From the IMG/VR virus record IMGVR_UViG_3300027899_000648, positions 1-31,624 of that record: a stretch of DNA of 31,624 bases; one strand, given 5' to 3'. This DNA is from a virus. Its lineage: Duplodnaviria; Caudoviricetes. The notes beneath the pieces are model-generated. The model saw nothing but the letters and a program-made list of their open reading frames with translations, did not search any database and was not told the DNA's origin. A program made the translations under genes and the position numbers. Below are positions 23,505 to 31,624 of this stretch, in pieces. The stretch's first letter is position 1. Every line of letters begins with the position of its first letter.

Positions 23505-23921
23505 ATGGCATCAGCAGGATTCGCAGCACTAACCTCGAAGATAACAGTTGGAGCAGGTGCTACGGAGGTAAAAGAAACCACCAAGATTAATGTTGATTTT
23601 GGAACGGTTGATAGTATCGACATTTCGAACAACAACAGCCCGGACGCAACGGAAGAATCAGTTGCAGGACTCATCAGAACGGGAACGATTGATATTGAAG
23701 GAAACTGGGTTCCAACCGATATAGGACAGGCGGCATTAATCACAGCACTCCAGGCAAGGACTATCGATCTTGCAGTAGTTGTTACCTGTTCGGATTCAGG
23801 AGCTGCAACGTTTACCGGGGTAGGTATGGTAAAGTCATTCAAGCCGTCCTTGCCGTTCGACGGAAAGGCATCGTTCACCAGTTCCATAAAAGTCACCGGG
23901 AAACTGACGTTCGCAGCGTAA
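23505..23921 (+). CDS. Major tail tube protein, short paralog
   Basis: TVDSIDIS...EESVAGLIRTGTIDIEGNW...FTG...SIKVTGK. Confidence 0.85.
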   Translation: MASAGFAALTSKITVGAGATEVKETTKINVDFGTVDSIDISNNNSPDATEESVAGLIRTGTIDIEGNWVPTDIGQAALITALQARTIDLAVVVTCSDSGAATFTGVGMVKSFKPSLPFDGKASFTSSIKVTGKLTFAA

Positions 23922-23935
23922 AGGGGGATTCCTGA

Positions 23936-24661
23936 ATGGTAGCAAGTTCTGGATTCTCTCCATTCGGCTCCACGCTGTTGTGGAACAATACGCCACTGCT
24001 GGAGTTAACGAAGATTTCACCTACTTTCGGCACGGTGGATGAAATAGACATCTCAAATAACGATTCCGCCGATGCTACTGAAGAGATGGTGCCGGGAATA
24101 ATCCGGGTTGGAACGGTAGATGTAGAAGGTAATTTAGTCCCGTCTGATAACCTTGGACAGATAACCACACTCACAGATCTCCAGGGTAGAACCGAACGGG
24201 CAATGGCGGTAATCCTACCAGCCGGCAAAGGCATGATGACCTTTAACGGGACGGCGGTTGCATTCAAGCCAACACTTCCATACGATGGAAAAGCAGGTGT
24301 TGCCATTTCATTCAAGGCGGAAGGAAAGTCAACACTGGTAACAACTCCCGCAACCGGCCTGACAACCCCGTTCTTTGCATTACGTGATAATGGTAGCAAT
24401 GCCGTCACACCGTCACCAGCGGCAGCAGGAGCGGTCTATAACTACCACGCAACACTTGATGCAGCCGATACGCATATTGCCATCCAGCCCACCGCAGCGG
24501 CTGGCACGATCTATGTGAACGGAGTCTTAACGGGAACCGGGGCATGGACGGGAAACATTGCAGTTGCAGCGGGAGCCACGAAGTTATTAATCGTGGAAGC
24601 CCGGGAAACAAATAAGGCAAGTAAAATATATCGCATATACGTAGCGAGGCCATCGGCATGA
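23936..24661 (+). CDS. Tail tube paralog with C-terminal cadherin/Ig-like beta-sandwich
   Basis: N-terminal part aligns with 23505-23921; the extension has YNYHA...IAIQPTAAAGTIYVNG...KIYRIYVAR. Confidence 0.8.
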   Translation: MVASSGFSPFGSTLLWNNTPLLELTKISPTFGTVDEIDISNNDSADATEEMVPGIIRVGTVDVEGNLVPSDNLGQITTLTDLQGRTERAMAVILPAGKGMMTFNGTAVAFKPTLPYDGKAGVAISFKAEGKSTLVTTPATGLTTPFFALRDNGSNAVTPSPAAAGAVYNYHATLDAADTHIAIQPTAAAGTIYVNGVLTGTGAWTGNIAVAAGATKLLIVEARETNKASKIYRIYVARPSA

Positions 24662-24996
24662 TTACAATCAATCTCGATAAACCAAGAAACATCAGTTACC
24701 CGCTCGGGTCTATCCGGGCGGGAAAGCGTCAGTTTTCATGTGGAATCTTATCAATGCTTCAGCCTAATATGATGGGTCCGGATGTCGTTGTCGATTTATT
24801 ATGGATGGGATTAATCCATGAAGATCCGGCCCTGACACCTGGAGCACTTGATACGATCATATGGGAGTGGTTACAGAAGCCGGGGAACTCGTTTAATATT
24901 CTTGAAACTACCGTTCTGGAAGCATTACAGGTTGATAAAGTCCTGAACTTTGCGGGAGTGGCGGAAAAAAACCCGAAGCAGAAAAAGATTACCTAA
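24658..24996 (+). CDS. Tail assembly chaperone (lambda gpG-like)
   Basis: INLDKPR, LLWMGLIHEDPALT, ends EKN; lies between tail tube and tape measure. Confidence 0.8.
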   Translation: MITINLDKPRNISYPLGSIRAGKRQFSCGILSMLQPNMMGPDVVVDLLWMGLIHEDPALTPGALDTIIWEWLQKPGNSFNILETTVLEALQVDKVLNFAGVAEKNPKQKKIT

Positions 24997-25334
24997 CGGA
25001 TCTTTATGACTTTTGCGGGATTAGACCGGGAGAATGTGAGAGTCTTACGCCTGCAGATCTCGATCTCATGCTCGTTGTTGCGATTAAGAACCGTAAGAGA
25101 GCTGAGAAAATTGAGTATTTTCATGCATATCGGGAAGCGTTTCTATGCAGTATTTTCACCAACCTATACCGAAATCCTGATAAAATACCCGAGCCAGTCA
25201 GCCTATACGACTTCCTGCCGGAATATCCCAGACCTGAAGAGAAACCACCGGAGAGAACTATTATGACCGATGAAGAAATCGAATCAACTGTAATTAATTT
25301 TGTATATCCGATGTTAAAGGCAGGTGAGAGGTAA
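24658..25334 (+). CDS. Frameshifted tail assembly chaperone (gpGT-like, ~225 aa); includes ORF 25068-25334
   Basis: The -1 frame reads PEAEKDYLTDLYDFCGIRPGECESLTPADLDL into MLVVAIKNRK. Confidence 0.75.
24966..24972 (+). promoter_or_regulatory. Programmed -1 ribosomal frameshift slippery site A AAA AAC
   Basis: X XXY YYZ heptamer in the chaperone frame; the -1 frame is open to 25334. Confidence 0.8.
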
Positions 25335-25337
25335 ATC

Positions 25338-27143
25338 ATGGTTGGCGAAACGGAATTGGGCGGATTCTTCTGGCGGTTAGGCGTTAGGTCAACGGTCAGG
25401 GAAGATGTAGCAGGTGCGAAATCTGAAATAGCCGGGTTAGAAGTTGCCGGACAGAAGACAGCGGATTCTATAAACATCCTTGATGCGGCAACCGGAAAGA
25501 ACATTAAGGGGTTAAGGACGTTCGGCTCTGTTGCTTCAATGACAGGCGGCTCGTTAATGATGCTGTCGATGACGATGAAGGATGCAGACGGCAACATTTC
25601 ACAAACCGGGAAGATGTTTCAGGCCGCCGGGATGACTCTTACCACCTTTGGAATGGTTGCCAACACCCTCGGGCCGATTATAAGGGCAATAGGATTCGCA
25701 CATACCGCTATAATTCCAGCCATCCAGGGAGCGACAGCAGCAAAGGCGGCATCAGTAGCAGCAGATCAGGCAATGGTTGCATCCCAAACTGAATTAACCG
25801 CAGTTAAAACAGCCAGTGCCGGAATAACCGGGGCATTAGAAAACGCAGAAGCCGAAGCATCAGCCGTAACACTTCTCAATGCATCGGCTGCACAGGTTGA
25901 AGTCAATGCACTCCGGGAGCAGACGGTAGCCAAACTTACGGTAACAGGTGCGACTATAGCTGAAACGGTTGTAACAGGAGGAGCAACAACGGCAACTGCT
26001 GTCAATACTACAGGTAAGGTAATTGCAACAGGGGCAACCCTTGCCCTTGCAGGAGCCACAATCACACTCGCAGGAGCCATGACAGCATTAGCGGCAGCAA
26101 CCGTTATAGGGGCTGTAATTGTGGCTGCATACCTGCTCTATACGGCATGGGATAAAGCACAACAGGGAGCCCGGGAGTTAGAGAAGCAATTGAAATCCCT
26201 TTCTGATGAAATGAGTATTCTCGGACAGGTGCAGAAGACACAATCTTACGAAACCGGGATATTCGAGGATGCCTTAAAGGGCATGAAAGATGAGGCCGAT
26301 AAGACCGCTGATAAAATTAAGGATCTCACAGATGAAATTGATAATTATAAGGATGCCGTTGAAGATGCATCCAACGTTGAATTAGATATCAAGTCTGCGG
26401 AATTGGACTTAAAGAAATATCCCGCTGAATTAAGAGCAGCGAATAAAGCAATTGCAGAAGCAAAGACGGCTGATGAAAGATCACTGGCAAAGATCGCCAG
26501 GGATGAATTAAAAGTCACTCACGAGCGGGAATTAAACAACCTTGATGACTTAAAAGCCAAACAACTCGCAGATGCAGCCATAATAAAATCCGTTGAAGAT
26601 AAAGGAGGAGTTGCGGCCATTGAAGATGCGAAAACAACCGCATTAAAAGAACAGAAAACCCTTAATGATGAAATCATCACGCAGGAAGGAGAATTAAGAA
26701 AACTTAAACTCGAAGAACTGGCAACGAATCAACAACTTGCTATCCTTTCATTCCAGGAGTATTTCTTAAAAATGAACGAGGCGGGGAAGTCACTCACGCA
26801 GGAACAATACGATATCTTCACGAAGAACCCGAACTCTCCAGCAGCACAGGCAATGAAATTAATTCCACCCACTGTAAAATTCGATGCATTGAAAGCCGAA
26901 CGGGAAGCAACCGGGGGGAGAGGGTATCTATGGGGTGCTCCGGCGGGAACTCCAAAAGAGGGTGATATGGTCACAACTGCATTGTTATCAGGAGTTACAC
27001 AACGGGGTTTCAGGGACGAGGGGGTTCCGGGTGCTACATGGGACCGCCAGACAGGGACTTATATCATAAAGGTGGTAGGAACCGTGAGTAATACCGATAT
27101 TGATATTACACCCGCAATTAATGCAACTCTTGGAGGTTACTGA
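25338..27143 (+). CDS. Tape measure protein (601 aa)
   Basis: Ala/Thr-rich helical protein with hydrophobic segments and coiled coil, following the chaperones. Confidence 0.85.
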   Translation: MVGETELGGFFWRLGVRSTVREDVAGAKSEIAGLEVAGQKTADSINILDAATGKNIKGLRTFGSVASMTGGSLMMLSMTMKDADGNISQTGKMFQAAGMTLTTFGMVANTLGPIIRAIGFAHTAIIPAIQGATAAKAASVAADQAMVASQTELTAVKTASAGITGALENAEAEASAVTLLNASAAQVEVNALREQTVAKLTVTGATIAETVVTGGATTATAVNTTGKVIATGATLALAGATITLAGAMTALAAATVIGAVIVAAYLLYTAWDKAQQGARELEKQLKSLSDEMSILGQVQKTQSYETGIFEDALKGMKDEADKTADKIKDLTDEIDNYKDAVEDASNVELDIKSAELDLKKYPAELRAANKAIAEAKTADERSLAKIARDELKVTHERELNNLDDLKAKQLADAAIIKSVEDKGGVAAIEDAKTTALKEQKTLNDEIITQEGELRKLKLEELATNQQLAILSFQEYFLKMNEAGKSLTQEQYDIFTKNPNSPAAQAMKLIPPTVKFDALKAEREATGGRGYLWGAPAGTPKEGDMVTTALLSGVTQRGFRDEGVPGATWDRQTGTYIIKVVGTVSNTDIDITPAINATLGGY

Positions 27144-27520
27144 TGACCGTTACCAACACCTTCGACGGAGTAACCCTGCAAAAGGTTTCTACACCGGACG
27201 GAATAAACTACCCCTTCACCCTTGGAATATCAGAACTTGAAACCGGCGGCTTCGGGCTCCAGGGTTCGGCAACCTACGGCTTCGAATGCACGGTAAAATG
27301 TTATACGTCCACCTATGCCGATATAACCGCCTTTAAGAATAAGATCGGGACGGTGGGAGATCTCGTTCTTGGATCAATCATTTATTCCAACGTAATGATG
27401 AAGTCCTTAAAGGAAGTGCCTGTCTTCCCGGCGGCGGCAGCCTGGTTCTATTATATTGCATTCGTGCAGGGAGTAGTTGCCACGGCAGGAACGGGAACAT
27501 TTAACGGAGGAACACCATAA
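27143..27520 (+). CDS. Distal tail (Dit-like) protein
   Basis: Position after tape measure; TFDGVTL start; beta-rich. Confidence 0.55.
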   Translation: MTVTNTFDGVTLQKVSTPDGINYPFTLGISELETGGFGLQGSATYGFECTVKCYTSTYADITAFKNKIGTVGDLVLGSIIYSNVMMKSLKEVPVFPAAAAWFYYIAFVQGVVATAGTGTFNGGTP

Positions 27521-28026
27521 TGGCAAGAATAGACTTATACCAGTATAGAAGGGGAACAACGGCAGAATGGACGGCAGCCAATCCAGTCCTTGCATTAGGA
27601 GAACCCGGGATAGACACCACGTTAAAGACCATCAAGTTCGGGGATGGAACAACTGCATGGCTATCCCTTGCCGTATGGGCGCAGTCAACCGGGACAATTG
27701 CAGCATGGGTAGAAGTTACCGCAACAACACAGGCCGTGGCAATTAACACCGGATACATTGCCAACAACGCAGACCCCGTAGTCTTAACCTTACCCGCAAC
27801 GGCGGCGGTGGGGTCAGTCGTCCGGGTAGTTGGTAAGGGTGCAGGAGGATGGATAGTAGCGCAGAGGGCGAACCAGTATATCCAGATGGGTAGTTCACTC
27901 TCCACCACGGGGGTCGGGGGGTCGGTCGCATCCTCTGCACAGTTCGACTGCGTGGAACTCCTCTGCACGGTGGCGGACGTCGGGTTCACGGTAATATCCT
28001 CAATGGGTAATTTAACGGTGGTGTGA
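27520..28026 (+). CDS. Tail fibre protein with Mtd_N-like N-terminal domain
   Basis: RRGTTAEWTAANPVLALGEPGIDT...KFGDGTTAW, then LTLPATAAVG...GGW. Confidence 0.75.
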   Translation: MARIDLYQYRRGTTAEWTAANPVLALGEPGIDTTLKTIKFGDGTTAWLSLAVWAQSTGTIAAWVEVTATTQAVAINTGYIANNADPVVLTLPATAAVGSVVRVVGKGAGGWIVAQRANQYIQMGSSLSTTGVGGSVASSAQFDCVELLCTVADVGFTVISSMGNLTVV

Positions 28027-28030
28027 GAAC

Positions 28031-28711
28031 ATGGCAACGAACAACTCGATTAATAATACAATGGCTATAGGAACGGTAACCGCATTAACAAGCACAACCG
28101 CCCTTGTTACAACACTTGATACAAATGTTGCTGCCGCCGGGGTAACACTGGCTGGAACAACATTAGCAGCGGATGGCACGGATGCAGATATTTCCATAAC
28201 CATTACACCGAAAGGCACTGGCTCTGTGGTAATGTCAAAGGTCGATATTAATGCTGGAACCATTGACGGTGCTACTATAGCTACCTCTGATATAACAGTC
28301 GGTTCTGGAAAGACGCTGGATATTTCAGCAGGAACCTTAACTCATCAGGCGTGGGCAGGATATTCGCCTACACTTGTATGGGGAACGGCAGACCCAGCAA
28401 CAATTACTACGGTTGCACGATGGACTAGATTAGGAAAAATCGTGTTCTTCCACATCGACATTTCAAGTGCCGATAGTAACGCCTGTTCCTCATTGACAAT
28501 ATCCCTCCCTGCTGACCCAGTAGATAACAATGATTATACCGCCATTGCATCCCGGCAGATTGCTGGTGCTGGCGGTGTTACATGGAGTGATCCGCTTGCC
28601 TATATTGATATGGATTCTGCAAGTAAATTAATAAAATTCGGAGCATTTACTACCGGAACAGATGCGCAGATAGTCCGCATAATTGTTTCGGGTAGTTATG
28701 AGGCGGCCTGA
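28031..28711 (+). CDS. Tail fibre / receptor-binding protein
   Basis: Shaft module shared with the DGR target; C-terminal head WAGYSPT...ARWTRLGKIVF...ISLP...VSGSYEA. Confidence 0.75.
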   Translation: MATNNSINNTMAIGTVTALTSTTALVTTLDTNVAAAGVTLAGTTLAADGTDADISITITPKGTGSVVMSKVDINAGTIDGATIATSDITVGSGKTLDISAGTLTHQAWAGYSPTLVWGTADPATITTVARWTRLGKIVFFHIDISSADSNACSSLTISLPADPVDNNDYTAIASRQIAGAGGVTWSDPLAYIDMDSASKLIKFGAFTTGTDAQIVRIIVSGSYEAA

Positions 28712-28713
28712 AG

Positions 28714-29592
28714 ATGGCACTTACCAATGGGGACTTCGAGACGGGGGATTTTACCGGATGGACCCCATACGCATCTGATGTTGTCGTTATCTCATCGGAT
28801 AAGCACGGAGGCACATACTCCTGCCAGTTAGGACCAGCGGGTTATACATTTGACGACCAATGGTTTATTCAGCAGACTGTAAGCCTAACCGATATAGAAA
28901 CAATAACATTCTGGCGGGAGTGGCCTGATGCAACCGCCAATTTCCACTTATACGTTTACCGCGATCCGATGCCGGGTTACGGAATCACCGGTGGAACGAA
29001 ATTATGGGAGGAACATTCAGGAACTTCAGGTGATTGGGGGCAGATTAGTATTGATATCAGTAGCTTGGGATTATCAGGGGATCACCTGTTAAGTTTCTGC
29101 TTGTATTTTAATGGGCCTGGATTATCCCCGTATCCAAAATACGTTTTACTCGATGATATTATTGTTTCAATTCCAGAAGTAACCCCCGTTGCAGCATTTA
29201 CCCAAGATAAAATAACTGGCGGAATCCCCTGCACCGTACAGTTTACCGATACCTCCACGAATACACCAACCGCCTGGAGTTGGGATTTTGATGATGGATC
29301 AGCCCCAGACACCACCCAATCACCGGAGCATGTCTTTACTGATATGGGGGCATTCCATGTTACCCTTACTGCATCAAACGGAGGAGGAAGTGACGTTTCA
29401 GATGCCACCACCATCACCGCCACCGCCGGGCCTGTTGCCTCATTTACGGTTGCCTTTAACGGTGATATTGTTGTATTGACGAATACCACTACCGGGTATC
29501 CGACTCCCACGTATGACTGGGACTTCGGGGATGGTTCAATTCATGCCACGACCACGAATGCCTCTCATAAATATCCAAAGTCCGGGGGATAA
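28714..29592 (+). CDS. Adhesin-like protein: carbohydrate-binding-like jelly roll, one complete and one incomplete PKD domain
   Basis: LTNGDFETGDFTGW; PVAAFT...VQFTDTS...WSWDFDDG...VTLTASNGGG; the second PKD (YDWDFGDG...HKYPKSGG) stops early. Confidence 0.8.
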   Translation: MALTNGDFETGDFTGWTPYASDVVVISSDKHGGTYSCQLGPAGYTFDDQWFIQQTVSLTDIETITFWREWPDATANFHLYVYRDPMPGYGITGGTKLWEEHSGTSGDWGQISIDISSLGLSGDHLLSFCLYFNGPGLSPYPKYVLLDDIIVSIPEVTPVAAFTQDKITGGIPCTVQFTDTSTNTPTAWSWDFDDGSAPDTTQSPEHVFTDMGAFHVTLTASNGGGSDVSDATTITATAGPVASFTVAFNGDIVVLTNTTTGYPTPTYDWDFGDGSIHATTTNASHKYPKSGG

Positions 29593-31380
29593 ATGACTTA
29601 CACGATCACCCTTACGGCAACCAATTCAGAGGGTACGGATACGGCAACCTACACCCTTACGGATCTGAACGAGGAGATCCTTTCACATTCCGCGGTTTCA
29701 ACCACCGTATCAAAGGGAATAAACGATCTGATGTGGCTGTGTCAGATTGAATACGATGGGCATCCGGCAATCGACTCTTCCGATATCACCGTCTATATGA
29801 AGGACCATACCGATACCGATCAACTGGTATTCATGGGGTATATCCCTAATCCCGCATATAGGACGCAGGAGGGGGGAAATAAAACAACAGTAACGGCGTA
29901 TTCTTATTTCTGGTATCTTACAAAACAATATCTGCCGGTATTAGAATCAGACGGGACGGGACCCCGAAACACACTATTCTGTAATGATACTACCGCAGCT
30001 GTAACACCTACGGTTGATATTTACAACCTCCGTCCTGGAATGACAACCGTAGAAATCGAGGAATCTGTTTATATTAATATTAAAAAATATGTTGAGTATC
30101 TCCTGGGGGGCATATCATCCACAACGATAAACGGACTTACTATCCACGAAGTTGTTGATTGTGATGATTGGAACGATGGAACGATAAAAAACAAGGGGTT
30201 TGATTTCGTCCGGGAAGATATCACCGTCATGGATGCAATCCAGGTGATAAAGGAGTATTTAAGTTATTATTTCATGGAGGTATTCTATAATTCCTCCACG
30301 GATCTCGATTATGCCATTTTCGTTCCAGATAGTGCAACCGATGACCAATTGCATGTGCCGGAAAAAGTAACATTCACATGGCCCGATGCGTATGTTGTCG
30401 GACCGGTATATGGTGATAATAAATTAGGTGAAATGTGCAACCGGGTTAGAGTCAGATGTTCCCCTGGCATCCTTACCAAGACCTTTACCTCGACCTCCTC
30501 ACCTGATACATTTACCCTTTACGTTGCCAACCCAGGGAGAGCGGATAGCTGCACAGTATCAGTCCAGCACGGTTCTACCGGTTACATAGATGATAATGCA
30601 CCGGCCTATACCGGTGTAACGTATTACGCAGGGGATATGGTAACATATAGTGGTGTGGTCTATGAGTGTATCTTATCCTGTTCCGGGCGAACCCCTGATG
30701 TAAACCCAACCTACTGGCAGGTTTACGAACTCCCGGAAGTCACGGAGCATTTATCCGGTGGTGCGGTGGACTGGGTAACCTGTAATAATCTCCATTACAC
30801 TCCAACACATGCCCACGCTGATATCGTTACGGTTACCTATCTCCCTGATGTGGATTACTATGAGCAGTCAATTCAAACCGCAGCGGTAACGGCGGGAACG
30901 GAAAAACCAATTGATGCACCTCCGGTTTACGATACCGATGGATCTCTAGGACTTACCACGCAGGACGAAGTGGACGAATACTGCAATGCGCTATGGGAAC
31001 TCTACCGGACTGATTCAAGTATCTATCATGCAACACTTTTAAAAAGAACAGACTTACGTTTAATGCAACTAGTTAAGTTCGTAGGGTATGATAAGATTCC
31101 AGAGGATGATATGAGGATAACCCATATCACGTACAGAAAAGGACCTAATGGTATATTTGTCGATATTCAATGCACCCTTGATAAGATTCTCACGTTAAAC
31201 CAGATACTCAAGGAAAGCACTACCATATCAGACGTTAATTTAATCGAACGGATTATTGATAAGAAAATAAAACAGACGAATAATGAAAAGACCATGAAGG
31301 CGTGGGTGGCGAAAGTCCAGGGAGATGTTGCAACCGTAAAGACTGACGCAGGAGTATTCGTGGAGAAAGAGAACGTATGA
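29593..31380 (+). CDS. Tail tip/baseplate hub-like protein with N-terminal PKD strands and an internal CBM5/12-like module
   Basis: LVFMGYI...TTVTAYS, CNRVRVRC, MRITHITY; insert YYAGDMVTYSGVVYEC...P...PTYW. Confidence 0.65.
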   Translation: MTYTITLTATNSEGTDTATYTLTDLNEEILSHSAVSTTVSKGINDLMWLCQIEYDGHPAIDSSDITVYMKDHTDTDQLVFMGYIPNPAYRTQEGGNKTTVTAYSYFWYLTKQYLPVLESDGTGPRNTLFCNDTTAAVTPTVDIYNLRPGMTTVEIEESVYINIKKYVEYLLGGISSTTINGLTIHEVVDCDDWNDGTIKNKGFDFVREDITVMDAIQVIKEYLSYYFMEVFYNSSTDLDYAIFVPDSATDDQLHVPEKVTFTWPDAYVVGPVYGDNKLGEMCNRVRVRCSPGILTKTFTSTSSPDTFTLYVANPGRADSCTVSVQHGSTGYIDDNAPAYTGVTYYAGDMVTYSGVVYECILSCSGRTPDVNPTYWQVYELPEVTEHLSGGAVDWVTCNNLHYTPTHAHADIVTVTYLPDVDYYEQSIQTAAVTAGTEKPIDAPPVYDTDGSLGLTTQDEVDEYCNALWELYRTDSSIYHATLLKRTDLRLMQLVKFVGYDKIPEDDMRITHITYRKGPNGIFVDIQCTLDKILTLNQILKESTTISDVNLIERIIDKKIKQTNNEKTMKAWVAKVQGDVATVKTDAGVFVEKENV

Positions 31381-31624
31381 GTTTAACCACAGGAGACAGG
31401 GTATCAATCACTCCAGTATCTATTTTTAAATCCTCTTCACTATTGACAGGAAACCGTGTAAGAGTGAATGATACGGTAAAACGGCCCTGCCAGAGATTAG
31501 TGATTGGAGATCGGGCAACATCTGATCCAATAGGGATAATGAAATCAGAATGCGGTAGGATATGCACAGGGACACCGGATTTATTTGTTCAGGATAGCGG
31601 AATTACATGGGGATTACATGCATC
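31377..31624 (+). CDS. Partial tail-associated protein running off the window (not in ORF track)
   Basis: ATGA overlap; open to the window end: MSLTTGDRVSITP...LLTGNRV...LVIGDRA. Confidence 0.65.
   Translation, partial: MSLTTGDRVSITPVSIFKSSSLLTGNRVRVNDTVKRPCQRLVIGDRATSDPIGIMKSECGRICTGTPDLFVQDSGITWGLHA

Noticed and set aside
16-31567. Minus-strand ORFs in the track (for example 5332-5913, 11037-11810, 18062-18616, 20835-21425)
   Set aside because: They are antisense shadows of well-supported plus-strand genes, with no recognisable motifs.
27520-31624. Second VR in tail fibre genes
   Set aside because: No TR-like sequence or GGxW...GxR C-terminus was seen by eye; a target outside the window cannot be excluded.
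1-31624. Stop-codon recoding or alternative genetic code
   Set aside because: Genes tile densely under the standard code; the only in-frame split (29590-29595) is a single TAA followed by ATG.

Overview
Almost the whole window is one strand (+) of a tailed, siphovirus-like dsDNA virus or provirus. Gene order: small translationally coupled early genes (several CxxC zinc-finger microproteins), TerS, TerL, portal, MuF, a large fibre plus retroelement cassette, prohead protease/scaffold, two capsid cement paralogs, major capsid protein, neck, two tail-tube paralogs, a frameshifted tail chaperone, tape measure and tail-tip/adhesin genes. TATA-like boxes, GGTGA/GGAGG ribosome-binding sites, oligo-T tracts and PKD domains suggest an archaeal host, probably a methanogen; this is inference only. 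Main findings: (1) A diversity-generating retroelement (DGR) with VR 15022-15129, TR 15203-15310 (22 of 22 mismatches at TR adenines) and RT 15457-16464. It has no recognisable avd and sits in the head module, diversifying a 1561-aa collagen/fibre/C-type-lectin protein. (2) A portal protein fused to an R-S-ExE ADP-ribosyltransferase, with a predicted protease release site and an unannotated overlapping 54-aa acidic candidate immunity gene. (3) A PKD domain split by an in-frame TAA-ATG between two tail-tip genes. (4) The first ~150 nt encode a fragment of a type I polyketide synthase ketosynthase domain, marking an assembly chimera or an integration junction. All calls come from reading motifs by eye; no database search was run.
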